Origin: the human T2T-CHM13v2.0 reference genome, Homo sapiens
Length of the DNA: 64,000 nucleotides
NCBI RefSeq assembly: GCF_009914755.1
Contig: NC_060926.1
Strand: one strand, 5' to 3'
Under the pieces are notes generated by a model. That model made no database searches. It had not been told where the DNA came from and saw only the letters and a list, made by a program, of their open reading frames with translations. Of the stretch, positions 1-21,126 are shown piece after piece (position 1 is the stretch's first letter; every line of letters begins with the position of its first letter). The position numbers and the translations under genes are program-made.

Positions 1-259
<259 letters not shown>

Positions 260-420
260 TCAAAGTTTGACAACATGCTCTATGGGAAACAGTTCTTTCT
301 CATATTTTGCTGTGACAGTAATGTGAAAAGAGATTTTAAATGGATAAGACGAAAAGTACAAAGCAGTGTGTATTTTATGCTACCAGATCATACATCATTT
401 CTGTTTTATTTGCATAAGAT

Positions 421-444
421 ACACACACACACACACACACACAC
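421..444. repeat. (AC)12 microsatellite
   Basis: direct read. Confidence 0.95.
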
Positions 445-518
445 AAAACAATAAAAAGCAGTTACTTGTTCTAGTGGAAACTGGAGCAGATGGGGGATAA
501 GGTGAAAGTGAGTCTTGT

Positions 519-1381
<863 letters not shown>

Positions 1382-1764
1382 CAATTTTTTTTTTGTTTTG
1401 TTTAATGAGAAACAAACAAATATGAGTTCAAAGAGTTTCCTGGGGAAGTTTTTCTGTACAATAGTTCAAAGAACACAGAGAAATGCGTTTCATCTTCAAA
1501 GGAAGTTAGGGCATTATTATAAGCAGGGTGTGTAGATCCTGAATTGGACTTTAGTCCTGTACCATTCGGAGGTGATCATGATGGCCTGGATGGATGTTTA
1601 TGATGACAGGCAACAGCATCACCAAGCATGCATTGATCTATTTGAATACTTTCCACCAGATCCATGACTTGGCCATGTACTGATTCCGATTTTATCAGCA
1701 CGTCAGCTAACACCGTTATCTGCTTTAATCACAACTTTTACCAGAAGCATTGGCATCAGTTGGA

Positions 1765-2085
1765 CGCTTCTAGCTGCTAGGCAGAACATACTCAAACCAA
1801 ATAGCTTACACAATAAGGACAGCCATCATTTCACATAAGATGATGTCTGGAGGCCAGGTGGTCCACGATTGGCTCAGAGCCTTGATGAAGTCATCACAGA
1901 TCCAGGTCCACCGATGAATTTGTCTTTCTGCCTTGCTATCCTCAGCAGGTTGATGATGCTTTCACTTTGGGTTTCAAAATAGCTGTAGCAATTCCAGACA
2001 ATATGTGAAGATATGACTTGATTCAGCAAAGGAGAACAGGAGAAAAGGGGGTGCTTCTTCTCATGCATCTGTTTTTATTGGAATA
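1765..2085 (-). mobile_element. MaLR LTR fragment (MLT1K/L-like)
   Basis: Resembles recalled MLT1 consensus, reverse orientation. Confidence 0.55.
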
Positions 2086-2139
2086 ATATAGAAATAAAAA
2101 CTTCCTGACGTAATTTTAAGACAAAAATATGCTATATAA

Positions 2140-2463
<324 letters not shown>

Positions 2464-3150
2464 TGTTTCTTAGTTCTAATAGTATTTTTGGTGTATTCTT
2501 TGGGATTTTCTATATACAAAATCATGCTGTATGCAAATGCAGGTGGTTTTACTTCTTCCTTTCCAATTTGGATGACTTCTATATATATTTTTCTTGCCTA
2601 ATTGTTCTGGCTAGAACTGCCAGTACAAGGTTGAATAAAAGTGACAGCAATAGGCATCTTTGTTTTATTCCTGATCTTAGGGAGAAAACTTCAGTCTTTC
2701 ATCATTAATTATAATAGTATTAACTGTGAGTTTTTCATAAGTGCCTTTCATCAGGTTGAGGAATGTCCCTTCTATTCTTAGTTTGTTGAGTGTTTTTATC
2801 ATGAAAGGGTGTTGGATTTTGTAAAATGCTTTATCTGCATCTATTAAGATGATCATATGGTTTCACCCCTTCATTTCATTAATGTGGCATAGCACATTAA
2901 TTGATTTGCATATGCTGAACCACAGTTGCAATCCTGGGATAAATCCCACTTAGTCATGGTGTAAAACCCTTTTTGTGTGCTGCTAGTGTTTTTTTGTTGT
3001 TTTTTGTTTTGTTTTGTTTGTTTTTAGAACCTGTGTTCAGCCAAGCTGCTAGTTTTTGTTTACTAATATTTTTGAATATTTTTGCACTGTATTCATAGGG
3101 GATGATGTTCTGTAGATTTCTTTTCTTGTGATGTCTTTGTCTGATTTGGG
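2464..3150 (-). mobile_element. L1M ORF2 fragment
   Basis: Typical antisense L1 RT-region text (ctagaactgccagtacaaggttgaataaaagtg...). Confidence 0.85.
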
Positions 3151-3274
3151 GCAGGGGGCAGGGAACTCACAAAGTGCCAAAAGGGGAACACCTTCAGATT
3201 TGTTTCTGTTGCCCTAAGTCATAGAAGCTGGTAAGAGTGTGATCAATATACAAGAATTCTTTTTTTGGTTTCAT

Positions 3275-3586
<312 letters not shown>

Positions 3587-3880
3587 TGACATCAAATGTC
3601 AATTTGGACAGCTTGAAAGACCCACAATTAACCACTGCTCAGTTTGAGAAGCTGAACCAACAAAGATAGTTATGCACAAAGGAACATTACATATGAAAAG
3701 AGGCAAAGTAGCTAAAAAAACAGAGTACTGTTTTTAAAAAGTATCCAAAAGTTTTGAAATGCACCCTTATGGCTACTGAGTCCTTGTATGTTCAATTGCA
3801 GCAATATTTTGTGTGTGTCCATATCCTGGCATGAGTGTCAATTTTGGAGAAAAACTAATTTGAAGAGAATTTTTTTTTTA

Positions 3881-4265
<385 letters not shown>

Positions 4266-4682
4266 TCAGGATGTTACGACACATTTCCCAAATATTCTGC
4301 TAATGGGAATCTTCCTGGCAACACAAACAATGAGTTTATCTCATGCAAAATGTATGAACATGGTGGATGACCTGCGAGGCACAGAAGGGAATGGAGGTGA
4401 AAGAAAAATGCTCTCACTAAACATTTCCAGCATCAGAATTTAGTATCCTTTCTATCACTTAAAACATGTTCTGACCAAGCAAGTGACACCACATGATCAA
4501 TGAAGGAATCCCAAATACGTGGCTTGCAAAATCAAAACAAGACCTTTAGACCAACCACAGTTAACTCTCTGATTTGTCTTTTGTACCCCCTGGACCAATC
4601 TGCAGATGCATTTCTAGTTTTCCATGATGCCTGAAAGAACCTAAAGATGCTAGTGGGCAGACATGAACTCAGCCACATCTGA

Positions 4683-5096
<414 letters not shown>

Positions 5097-5295
5097 TAAT
5101 GGTGCTAAAAACTTGTCCCTATGTGTCCTAGGAACTTTGAATTGTTGCAACTGCTTGTCCAGTCCAGCCTTGCGAAAAGAAAGAGCTCGTGGCAACCTCA
5201 TCTCCACAAGTGTGGAGCTTCATGCATGCCCCCGACCTTTAAAGAGTAATATACCTCTCCTGTCACAAAGATCCCTGTCTTCAAAAGATGTTTCA

Positions 5296-5609
<314 letters not shown>

Positions 5610-6284
5610 TTAAGCATTATTTTGTTTATCTATTTGCTTTGTTTCCAGCCTTGGCATGAATTTAAGTGCTACCTTGTCAGATACTCATTCTCTCTCCATG
5701 TTTACATCTGTTTCTGGACTTTCCCGTGTACTACTCATCTATCTGTTCTACCATATAGTAAGGCAAAGACCACCTCACTATTCTTCTATAATATGTGTCC
5801 ATCTATTCTCAGACTTATTCTTCCATATAAGTCTTCAAAACATTTAGTTCAGTTCTCTCTCCCTCTCCCCAAAACCTGTTGGGTATTATTTGAAATGTTA
5901 TTCTATTCATTTGTTTATTTGTGACGTGGAAATCCCTGAGACGAGACAGCTGGAGAAGAATATCTCAAATTCTGTGTAAAAACTAATCTAAGTTCCAAGG
6001 TTCACCCCTAAACTATGCATGTGCAGAACATGCCCAAAGATGCATAGCAAAGGCTCTGAGAATGAAACTAAAATGTAAATATAAATCAACATCCAAGTCC
6101 CAGACCAACCCCTGAGTGGTACATGAAGGAACAGACCCAAACAGCAGAGCAAAGTCTTCCAAAACTGAACTGACTCATGTGGGAATCCATAGAAGATGAG
6201 ACAGAACTTGTGGTCTGAATCTCGCTGGGTGGGTGGCCTGTTAAAACAAAGAAACAAATGAAAATCAACATTAACCAGCTCATC

Positions 6285-6625
6285 ACTGTGGCTCACGCCT
6301 GTAATCCCAACATTTTGGGACACCGAGGTGGGTGGATGGCTTAGGCCCAGGAGTTAGAGACCAGCTTGGGCAACAAAGTGAGACCTCCATCTCTACCAAA
6401 ACATAAAAAATAAAAAAAATTAGCCAGGCATGGTGGCTTGCACATGTGGTCCCAGCTACTCAGGAGGCTGAGGAGGGAGAACTTTTGTAGTCAAGGAGGC
6501 AGAGGTTGCAGTGAGCCAAGATCTTGCCACTGCTCTCTAGCTCTGACAACAGAGCTAGACCCTGTGTAAGAAAAAAAAAACAGAAAACAAAAAAAAAAAA
6601 GAAAGAAAAAGAAAAGAAAAAAAGA
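6285..6625 (+). mobile_element. Alu (J-like)
   Basis: Alu consensus with long A-rich tail. Confidence 0.9.
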
Positions 6626-6844
6626 AAATCAACAATATCCAGAAGATATAACAGAACTCAGAGCCTCAGAACAAAATATTCAGAATATAAAGAACCAGGA
6701 AAATCTGATAAGTTCTATCAGTTCTCAAGGGGAAAGACAATCAACAGATGCCAGCCCCAGTGTTGGGATTACCAAAGACTTTAAAGCTGTTATTATAATC
6801 ATTCTTCAAGGAGAAAAGGTGAACATTCTTGAGAGAAAGGTAGA

Positions 6845-7522
<678 letters not shown>

Positions 7523-8594
7523 AGCCCATATGCTTTCATTTTCCAAAATTGTGTTGACATATTTTGACTTCTGTCATATTTTTCCCTTCTCTTTAACCCT
7601 GTGAGTTTATGGTCCTTTTATTTCTTTACTGTTATTACAGTGGGGATTTGGGAGGGAACAGATAAATGCATATTCAGTCTTTTGTGTTTACTTACACAAG
7701 CTCTTCTTTAATCAAGTCTACAACATAAATATAGTTTAGCAAACGAATACTACTTTCTCATGAATGCATATAAGTTTATCTCTGGGGCCAGGTTCTCTGA
7801 CAGAAAATATAGGTGTTTACCAGTCACGTTCCCAATAATTGTCTCCATGAAAGCCATTGGATTTTTCTGTTCCAAGGGAGACACACTTAAAAGGATTGCC
7901 ACATGGTTTCCAGTCCAGCTGCCAGAATTGCCAGTGCTACTTGGGCTGTGATGAAACAGAGTTCACACAGTCTGACAGACAAGTGGTTTTACACGGGGGC
8001 TGTGAGAGCTGGGGCAGCCCACTGACAGTGGTAAGCTAGCAACCTGGCAAAAGAGTTGTGGGTTTCTGTATGTCTATGAGTAGCATCCCAGTATTCACAC
8101 ATATAATCAGCACCCAAAAATGCCTTTTCATTACCTATATCGTAATCACCCCCTTATGGAAACTCATAAAAATAGTGTTGAAATAGCATTGACTCCCATA
8201 GGAAACATTCTCTTTCCCCCTGATCATTTCTACAGCACCTTGATCTTCAATCCTAAGGGGTCTTTGAAAAGGCAGTCATACTCAATTAAGTGTCTTCCAA
8301 ACAGAGATAACTCCAGGGTCTCAGGAAGCAGCTGGCCTGTGTTTCATTCTCCTTTGAGTGCTGCAGCCAAGCTAAAGAACATTATTAGGTGGTGGTTTTT
8401 AAAATTTTGGATGGCACAAATGTAAACTGGTAACATGCCCTACACACATCTTAGTTTTAAAAACGTTGTCCCTGTTCATCTTAGCCAGCTGACTCTGAGA
8501 ATTTTTATTTTATTCTGTAATATTGTAAAACTATGATCTTGGATCTCCCCCCACTGCCTCCCTCCCAACCCCACCCCCAACCACTGCCTCCGAA

Positions 8595-8614
8595 ACACAC
8601 ACACACACACACAC
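8595..8614. repeat. (AC)10 microsatellite
   Basis: direct read. Confidence 0.9.
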
Positions 8615-8699
8615 GACACTAGCCACCCTTAGGCTCATGTGAAAATGCTGGGCTGTGTAAACTGGAACTGCCTTGAAAAGATGGAGGTGCATCCCCCAA

Positions 8700-8780
8700 T
8701 AGGGTTGGCCAGATTTAGCAATAAAAATACAGGATGCCCAATTAAAACTGAATTTCAGATAAACAATGAATAGGCAACCC
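8700..8780 (+). mobile_element. MER53-like MITE, internally deleted
   Basis: agggttg(g)ccagatttagcaataaaaatacaggatgccca...ggcaaccc termini. Confidence 0.7.
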
Positions 8781-9220
8781 CAGGCACTGAGGATGAGCTT
8801 CGATTAAGCCAAGTGGTAATCCTCTCCTCCTTGCTAGTGATTAGTTTGGGAGTGGGCTTATAACACAGTTCTGACCAATTGGAGCAGAGGAGAAATCTTC
8901 CAGGGGCTTCTGGGAAAGATTTTCTTCCCTGATTAAAAACAGAGAGAGTGTGTGGAAAGTTCCTTATGCTTCCTGCCTTCAATGATCATCATGTGAAGAT
9001 ATGGTGCTGGGAACAGCAGAGATCATCTTATCACCGGGAAGGGAAAGTCACGAGAAAGTCAGAGAGACTGAGCCAGAACTCTGACATTGTGGAACTTCTG
9101 AATTAGGCAGCTCTGGAATTCTCTTTTCCAGGACTTTTATGGGAAATAATGAATGTCCTCACTGTTTGAGTCACTTTTACTTGGGTGTTCTGTTTGTGCT
9201 GCTGAAAGCACCCTCAATGA
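8781..9220 (+). mobile_element. MaLR LTR (MLT1K/L-like)
   Basis: ggggcttctgggaaagattttc...gctgaaagcaccctcaatga. Confidence 0.6.
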
Positions 9221-9776
9221 TTTAGCTGAAAGTTTTTGAAGCTCACTCAACAAGTATTAAATTGCTGTGGTTAGTAGATCCAGAACTCGGCTAAAGAAAC
9301 TTATCTCACTCAAATAAACAAAATTATTTTATTATGAGATCCACTGGCCCAAAAGTGTTGCACGAGTCTTTCTCAACTTCTCACGGTTTAGGAATCACAG
9401 AAACCCTCCCACAGACTTTGAGAAGTGGGCAGGAGACAGGATGGATTGGCTGTTCTTGTTAACAGTTCTCAGTGTCCTCGCTGTCATTGACAGCTTCAGA
9501 GATCTGAACTGGCTTCATGAGGAAGTGCTAGCCAGGCAGGCCGATTCTGTGGGACAGATGGCTGCTGTTTCACAATTGTAGACATGAGAAGGGCAACCTT
9601 TAGCCCAGAAGCTGGGGTTGGTGATCCTGAGATATCATTAGCATCTATGGCATCTGTGCTGTCACTTTTGATCACAGTGTGGATAGTACTCACTGTTCAT
9701 TTGTTTTATTTCTAAACATTCTAAAATGAATGCGATTTATCAAATGTTTAACAGCACAATTCTGACATATGGCAAA

Positions 9777-10137
<361 letters not shown>

Positions 10138-10499
10138 TAGAATTCACACCAGTAAGTCTCCCTTCCCTTCTAGGCTCCCTTTTCTCTTCTCTAGAAACAA
10201 CCATTATTATCAGATTCTTGCATATCCTTCTAGGGTTTTGTATATGTGGACAACCATATAAATATGTATAGCTCCCTTTTTAATACCAATGGTAGAACAT
10301 AATACACATTGGCCAAATCTTGGAGATTCTCACACATCATCACTGTTAAAACTATCTCATTCTGTTCAAGGGCTGCCTGGGGTTCTGATGCATGGATGTG
10401 CCACAAGGTATTAGCCAATATCCTATTGATAGACAGTGTGATGGACATGCGTCATGTTTCTTGCCTCACCAGCTCCTTTGGAATGCTTCTAATGTTTTT

Positions 10500-10970
10500 A
10501 GAAAAAGTCACTCTCCAGTCTCCTTTGAAGCTCCCCGGATCTGTCCAGTTGCACCTTTGCCAGTCTCCAAATCAGAAGTGGTCCCTAGGAGGAAATGGGC
10601 CGTGGGCAGGGCATCCATTTTGCTGGCAAGGGTGCACCACAAGCTATAGCTTTGAGAGCAGTAGGGGCTACAAAGCAAGTTCCTGCTGCAGAAGGGACAT
10701 TGGTGGCACCAGCATGAGTTACAGTTGTGGCTACAGTCAAGTTCTTGACAGCAGTCCAAATTGCAGCTTAGAGTTCTTGGTGGCAGCTCAACATTCCGGG
10801 TGTTTTCTTCATCTGGCTATTTCTATATGTGGTTCGTGGCTTTATTTCTTGAGGTTTAGCATCAAGTCTATGCTCCATCCCTCTCAACACCTGTCTCTAT
10901 AGTAAGTCACTTTCAGCTCACCAACCAGAGTCACATCTGCCACTTGCAACCAAGAATACAGTCTGAGACA
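10500..10970 (+). mobile_element. ERVL-type LTR (LTR33/LTR16-like) within old L1 fragments
   Basis: 3' end cttgcaaccaagaatacagtctgagaca. Confidence 0.45.
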
Positions 10971-11093
10971 GACATGTCATTTTACTTCTAATTTGTTATT
11001 ATTTTTTTAGGACAAAAAGAACCTTGTAATAATTACCCTTCCATATACACCTTTGTGCCTGTGTGTGGGCAAATCTGTGGCATAAAAATGCTA

Positions 11094-14780
<3,687 letters not shown>

Positions 14781-15978
14781 AGAAAGTCCCACACCCGCAG
14801 TGTCACTGGAGACCACGTAGGAAGCACTCCTCCCCAGCCACGGTGTGTCAGCAGAGGCTAGTGGGGAGCCTGAACTTAACACCCCTGCCCAAACGTAATG
14901 AGGTGCTCCTCCCAGGGTGTTAATGGGGGCTCTGTGGGGAACCTGGCCTTCTGCTCCCACCTCATAACAACAAGGTGATTAGAATACCTGTACAATCAGC
15001 AAACACAGATTTGAGAAAAAAACACAACTGATTCTTGGCAACCCAGTGGGAGAGTCACGTGTGTGCGATTGCTTCAGAGTAGCCACTAGCTGTGGGATTT
15101 CAGTGGGCTTTGCCCACTGGTCAGTATGTTTTGCAGAGTAAATGGAAAGCTTCTTTCAATCTGTCGAGGTGATTAAACCAGGTTGGTTAGGATCACTACT
15201 GCATTTCTACATGCAAATAATGCAAGTTAATTGAACCTTAATAATCTGAGCCTGCTTGCCATTTTGAAATAACAGTGCCTATGCAAAGACTGAGAGGGGA
15301 GCTCACTATAAGCACCATCCATACTTTGGATATTGGGGACCCCTTGTGGACAATTCAGACAGAGCGAGGGCTCTCTGAGATTGCCTGTCAAAAGCAAGTA
15401 ACCAAAATTCACACATGAAAAACTGAATGGAAAGCCACACAGATGTGGCACTCACGTCGTTCAGGAAAAGCAGTTTCTCTGCTGTTGTCATGTGAGACAA
15501 TCAAATTAGTCTATAAGTTTAATACAATCCTAATAAAATCTTAATAGGGTTTTAAAATTGGAATTGGAGAATTCTGATTCTCTTTTGGAAGAGAAATGTT
15601 CAATAACAGCCAAAAAAAAAAATCTTTAAAAAGATTATGAGTAGGAATTTTCCCTGCCATATATGAAAATGTAGATCTAAATATACAGAAAGTTTATAAA
15701 TATAAATCGATTTTGCAATATAAATGTAGCTTATGATAGTGGTGGCATTTAAGGTCTCGAAGGAAGAGTGGTTTTTTCAATAAATTGTATGAAATAATTG
15801 GCTATCCACTGAAGGGAAAAATAACATTAGATTGAATCTTCTACCCCATCACATCAAACACAGGTGGTAAAACGATTAAACATTTAGAGAAAAAAGTTGA
15901 AATATTAAATATTTAAACTATATTTTATTAATATTGGGGTAGTAAATGCCTTCCTCAACAAAATACAAAACCCAGGAG

Positions 15979-16501
<523 letters not shown>

Positions 16502-16964
16502 TCATAAAATTTAAAACTTGAGTTAAAAGAAATACTAAAATAATCAAATTTAAAGGAAAAGGGAGTGAGGGGAAAAAACTGTTGACGAAATTACTATTCA
16601 GAACATATACAGAGTTCTGACAATGTTTTAAATTGACAAAGGATGTGACCAGGAAGTTGACAGAAAAATCTAAATCAAAAAAGAAGAAAAAGGAGGAGGA
16701 GAAAAGAAAGAGAAAAAAAGAGAAAGGTGCTCAAACTCAATACTAATCAAACAAAGCAAATTAAATGAGATTTTCTTTTTTGCCCATCAGATTATTGAAC
16801 ATTTAAGATAGCCCATCTAAAGCCACAGTTTTTGCTATGTGATGCTCTAGCTGCAGTACATTTTTAAAGGATTTATAATTTCCAGTGTGATTTTCTCTTT
16901 AATGCAGATGTTATTTAGGAGTATTTTTAAATTTCCTGATGTATAGGGCTTTAAGAAATACTTT

Positions 16965-17264
16965 GGCCGGGTGCAATGACTCACACCTGTAATCCTAGCA
17001 CTTTGGGAGGCCAAGGTGGGCAGATTGTTTGAGCCTAGGAGTCTGAGACCAGCCCGGGCAATATGGTAAGATAAGACCTGCATCTCTGCAAAGAAAATTC
17101 AAAAGTATTAGCCAAGAGTGGTGGTGTGCACCTGTAGTCCCAGGTACTCAGGAGGCTGAGGTAGGAGGACCACTGGAGCCCAGGAGGTTAAGGCTGCAGT
17201 GAGCCATGATTGCACCATTGCACTCCAGTCTGGGTGACACAGTGAGACCCTGTCTCAAGAAAAA
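16965..17264 (+). mobile_element. Alu (J-like)
   Basis: Alu consensus; tail gives rise to the GGAA repeat. Confidence 0.9.
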
Positions 17265-17320
17265 GGAAGGAAAGAAGGAAGGAAGGAAGGAAGGAAGGAA
17301 GGAAGGAAGGAAGGAAGGAA
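17265..17320. repeat. (GGAA)n microsatellite: 13 units, 11 consecutive
   Basis: GGAA GGAA AGAA (GGAA)11. Confidence 0.95.
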
Positions 17321-17327
17321 GGGATTG

Positions 17328-17378
17328 ATTTTAGTATTAGTAATACTGGAATTGTTCTTGTATTACTAATACTAAAAT
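17328..17378. repeat. Perfect 19-bp inverted repeat, 13-nt spacer
   Basis: ATTTTAGTATTAGTAATAC / GTATTACTAATACTAAAAT. Confidence 0.95.
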
Positions 17379-17595
17379 ATTATCCTTTATAAATTGTATA
17401 AAAAGGCATAGAAATTCTGTGATAGCCATGTCTAAATCAAAAAGAATTTAAAAAAAAAAAGCATACAGAGATAAGAGATCAGGCCCCTCTTACCCCTGTC
17501 TCCCTTCCTGCTGGCCCCTCTCTCAGCCAGTGATCATTGTTAGTTTCTTCTATAGTACTCTAGAGATAGTTTATGCATATGCAAACAAGTACTGA

Positions 17596-19088
<1,493 letters not shown>

Positions 19089-19139
19089 CTGAGGTTAGTG
19101 TGTTATTATGATAGTTCTTGTATGTCTCCTGGTTTAGGG

Positions 19140-20043
19140 CAACAGTTCCCAAAGTGTGGTCCACGAAACCCTAGGGGTCCCTGAGATGACATCAAGGGGT
19201 CGCTAAAGTTAAAACTGTTTTCTTTTTTTTTTTTATTTTATTATTATACTTTAAGTTTTAGGGTACATGTGCACAATGTGCCAGTTAGTTACATATGTAT
19301 ACATGTGCCATGCTGGTGTGCTGCACCCATTAACTCATCATTTAGCATTAGGTATATCTTCTAATGCTATCCCTCCCCCCTCCCCCCACCCCACAACAGT
19401 CCCCAAAGGACTATAAATCATGCTGCTATAAAGACACATGCACACGTATGTTTATTGCGGCACTATTCACAATAGCAAAGACTTGGAACCAACCCAAATG
19501 TCCAACAATGATAGACTGGATTAAGAAAATGTGGCACATATACACCATGGAATACTATGCAGCCATAAAAAATGATGAGTTCATGTCCTTTGTAGGGACA
19601 TGGATGAAATTGGAAAACTGTTTTCTTATACGGTAATACTAAAATGTAATTTGCCATTTTCACTCTATGGATATTTGCACTGATATTGTAAAAGCAATCT
19701 GGGTAAAACTGCAGCCATCTTAGCATGAATCAAGTCAATGGCTCCAAACTACCTTGTTTGTAATTGATGTGAGTTCTTCACATCATGTTATGGGTTGTTC
19801 CCTGGCTAACTACTTCCCCATGTAGCCCTGGCTGAGGTGAGAGGATTGCTCAAGTTGAGCCTGGGAGACAGAGGTTATGGTGAGCCAAGATGGTGACACT
19901 GCACTCCAGCCTAGGCGACAGAGCAAGGCCCTGTCTCAAAAAAAAAGAAACAAACATATATGTAATTTATGTGTGTGTTGGATCATGATGTAAAATATAT
20001 TTCTTACTGTGGGTCTCAGTCAAAAAAGTTTTCAAGCCACTGC
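19140..20043 (+). mobile_element. Charlie1-like hAT DNA transposon remnant hosting an L1 and an Alu monomer
   Basis: cagttcccaaagtgtggtcc 5' end and gtcaaaaaagttttcaagccactg 3' end. Confidence 0.7.
19225..19613 (-). mobile_element. 5'-truncated, 5'-inverted L1PA (PA3-like)
   Basis: Antisense 3'UTR joined to sense ORF2 end; 14-bp TSD AAAACTGTTTTCTT. Confidence 0.92.
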
Positions 20044-20829
20044 TCCAGAAAGATTCTAGAATGATATAGCACCATCGCCGCCAACTTAGCACCTCACTGT
20101 ACTAGGGACTGATGTCCCAGAAAACACTCTGTGAACACAGGTAACAATATCCTATCCAAAAGGACATTGTTTTCATGACAACACAAATACAACTTGGTGG
20201 GCTACTGGGAGTCACAGACCCTCATTTTAGCTCTGCCTCAAGCACTTACCAGCCAAGCAATCCAGTTACTTTATATATTAAAAACGCAGGCGATATAGGA
20301 AGTATTTCTTTCCCAAGGAATAATATCAGGTAGTATATGAAAAGTGCTTTGAAAACTACAATGAATAATTATTACAATAACTGATATTTAAGGAATGCAT
20401 ATATACATATATGTACATATATGCACGCAACATAGTTTTGAGTCCTTAACCCTGTGAATTTCACATTTAACAGATGAAGAAACTGAAGCTTAAGGTTAAA
20501 TGCATGCACCAGTATTTGAACCCAAGCCTTAGACTACACCCTCATAACCATCAAACAGTACTTTTTAAATGCTGCATGAAGAAAAAGGTTTACTATGTTA
20601 GAAATGAAAGAGCATCTTTGCCCTCTGTTATAAGGTTTGAAAGTTGTACGAATTGGATCTTTTTGCCACTTGCCCTTAAATATCATAACTCTTGAAAGTT
20701 TTTAATCCTGTGGCATTCTTATTTCCTCTTCTATGCAAATATAGTTAAAATGCAAGAATTTCAGATTGACACCTGGTAGAGTCCTGGGGTGGCATAGCAG
20801 TTTCTTTAGCTGTATAAAAGGTGAGGCCT

Positions 20830-21095
20830 GGCCAGGTGCAGTGGCTCACACCTGTAATCCCAGCACTTTGGGAGGCCAAGGCAGGTGGACCACGAGGTCA
20901 GGAGTTCAAGACCAGCCTGGCCAAGATGGTGAAACCCCGTCTCTACTAAAAATACAAAAAATTAGCTGGGCATGGTGGCGGGTGCCTGTAATCCCAGCTA
21001 CTCAGGAGGCTGAGGCAGAGAATTGCTTGAACTCAGGAGGCGGAGGTTACAGTGAGCTGAGATTGCGCCACTGCACTCCAGCAAGACTCTGTCTC

Positions 21096-21124
<29 letters not shown>
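20830..21124 (+). mobile_element. Alu (S-like)
   Basis: Alu consensus, TSD GTGAGGCC. Confidence 0.95.

Positions 21125-21126
<2 letters not shown>

Noticed and set aside
7857-8039. Cys-rich + strand ORF (SCQNCQCYLGCD...GGCESWG) with a gtaagc donor, EGF/laminin-like at a glance
   Set aside because: Cys spacing does not fit, no partner exons, and it overlaps the minus-strand fossil candidate
10309-10902. 197-aa ORF
   Set aside because: Non-ATG start; spans L1 and LTR remnants; no recognisable domain
19364-19636. ORF with clear protein similarity
   Set aside because: C-terminus of L1 ORF2 in a truncated insertion
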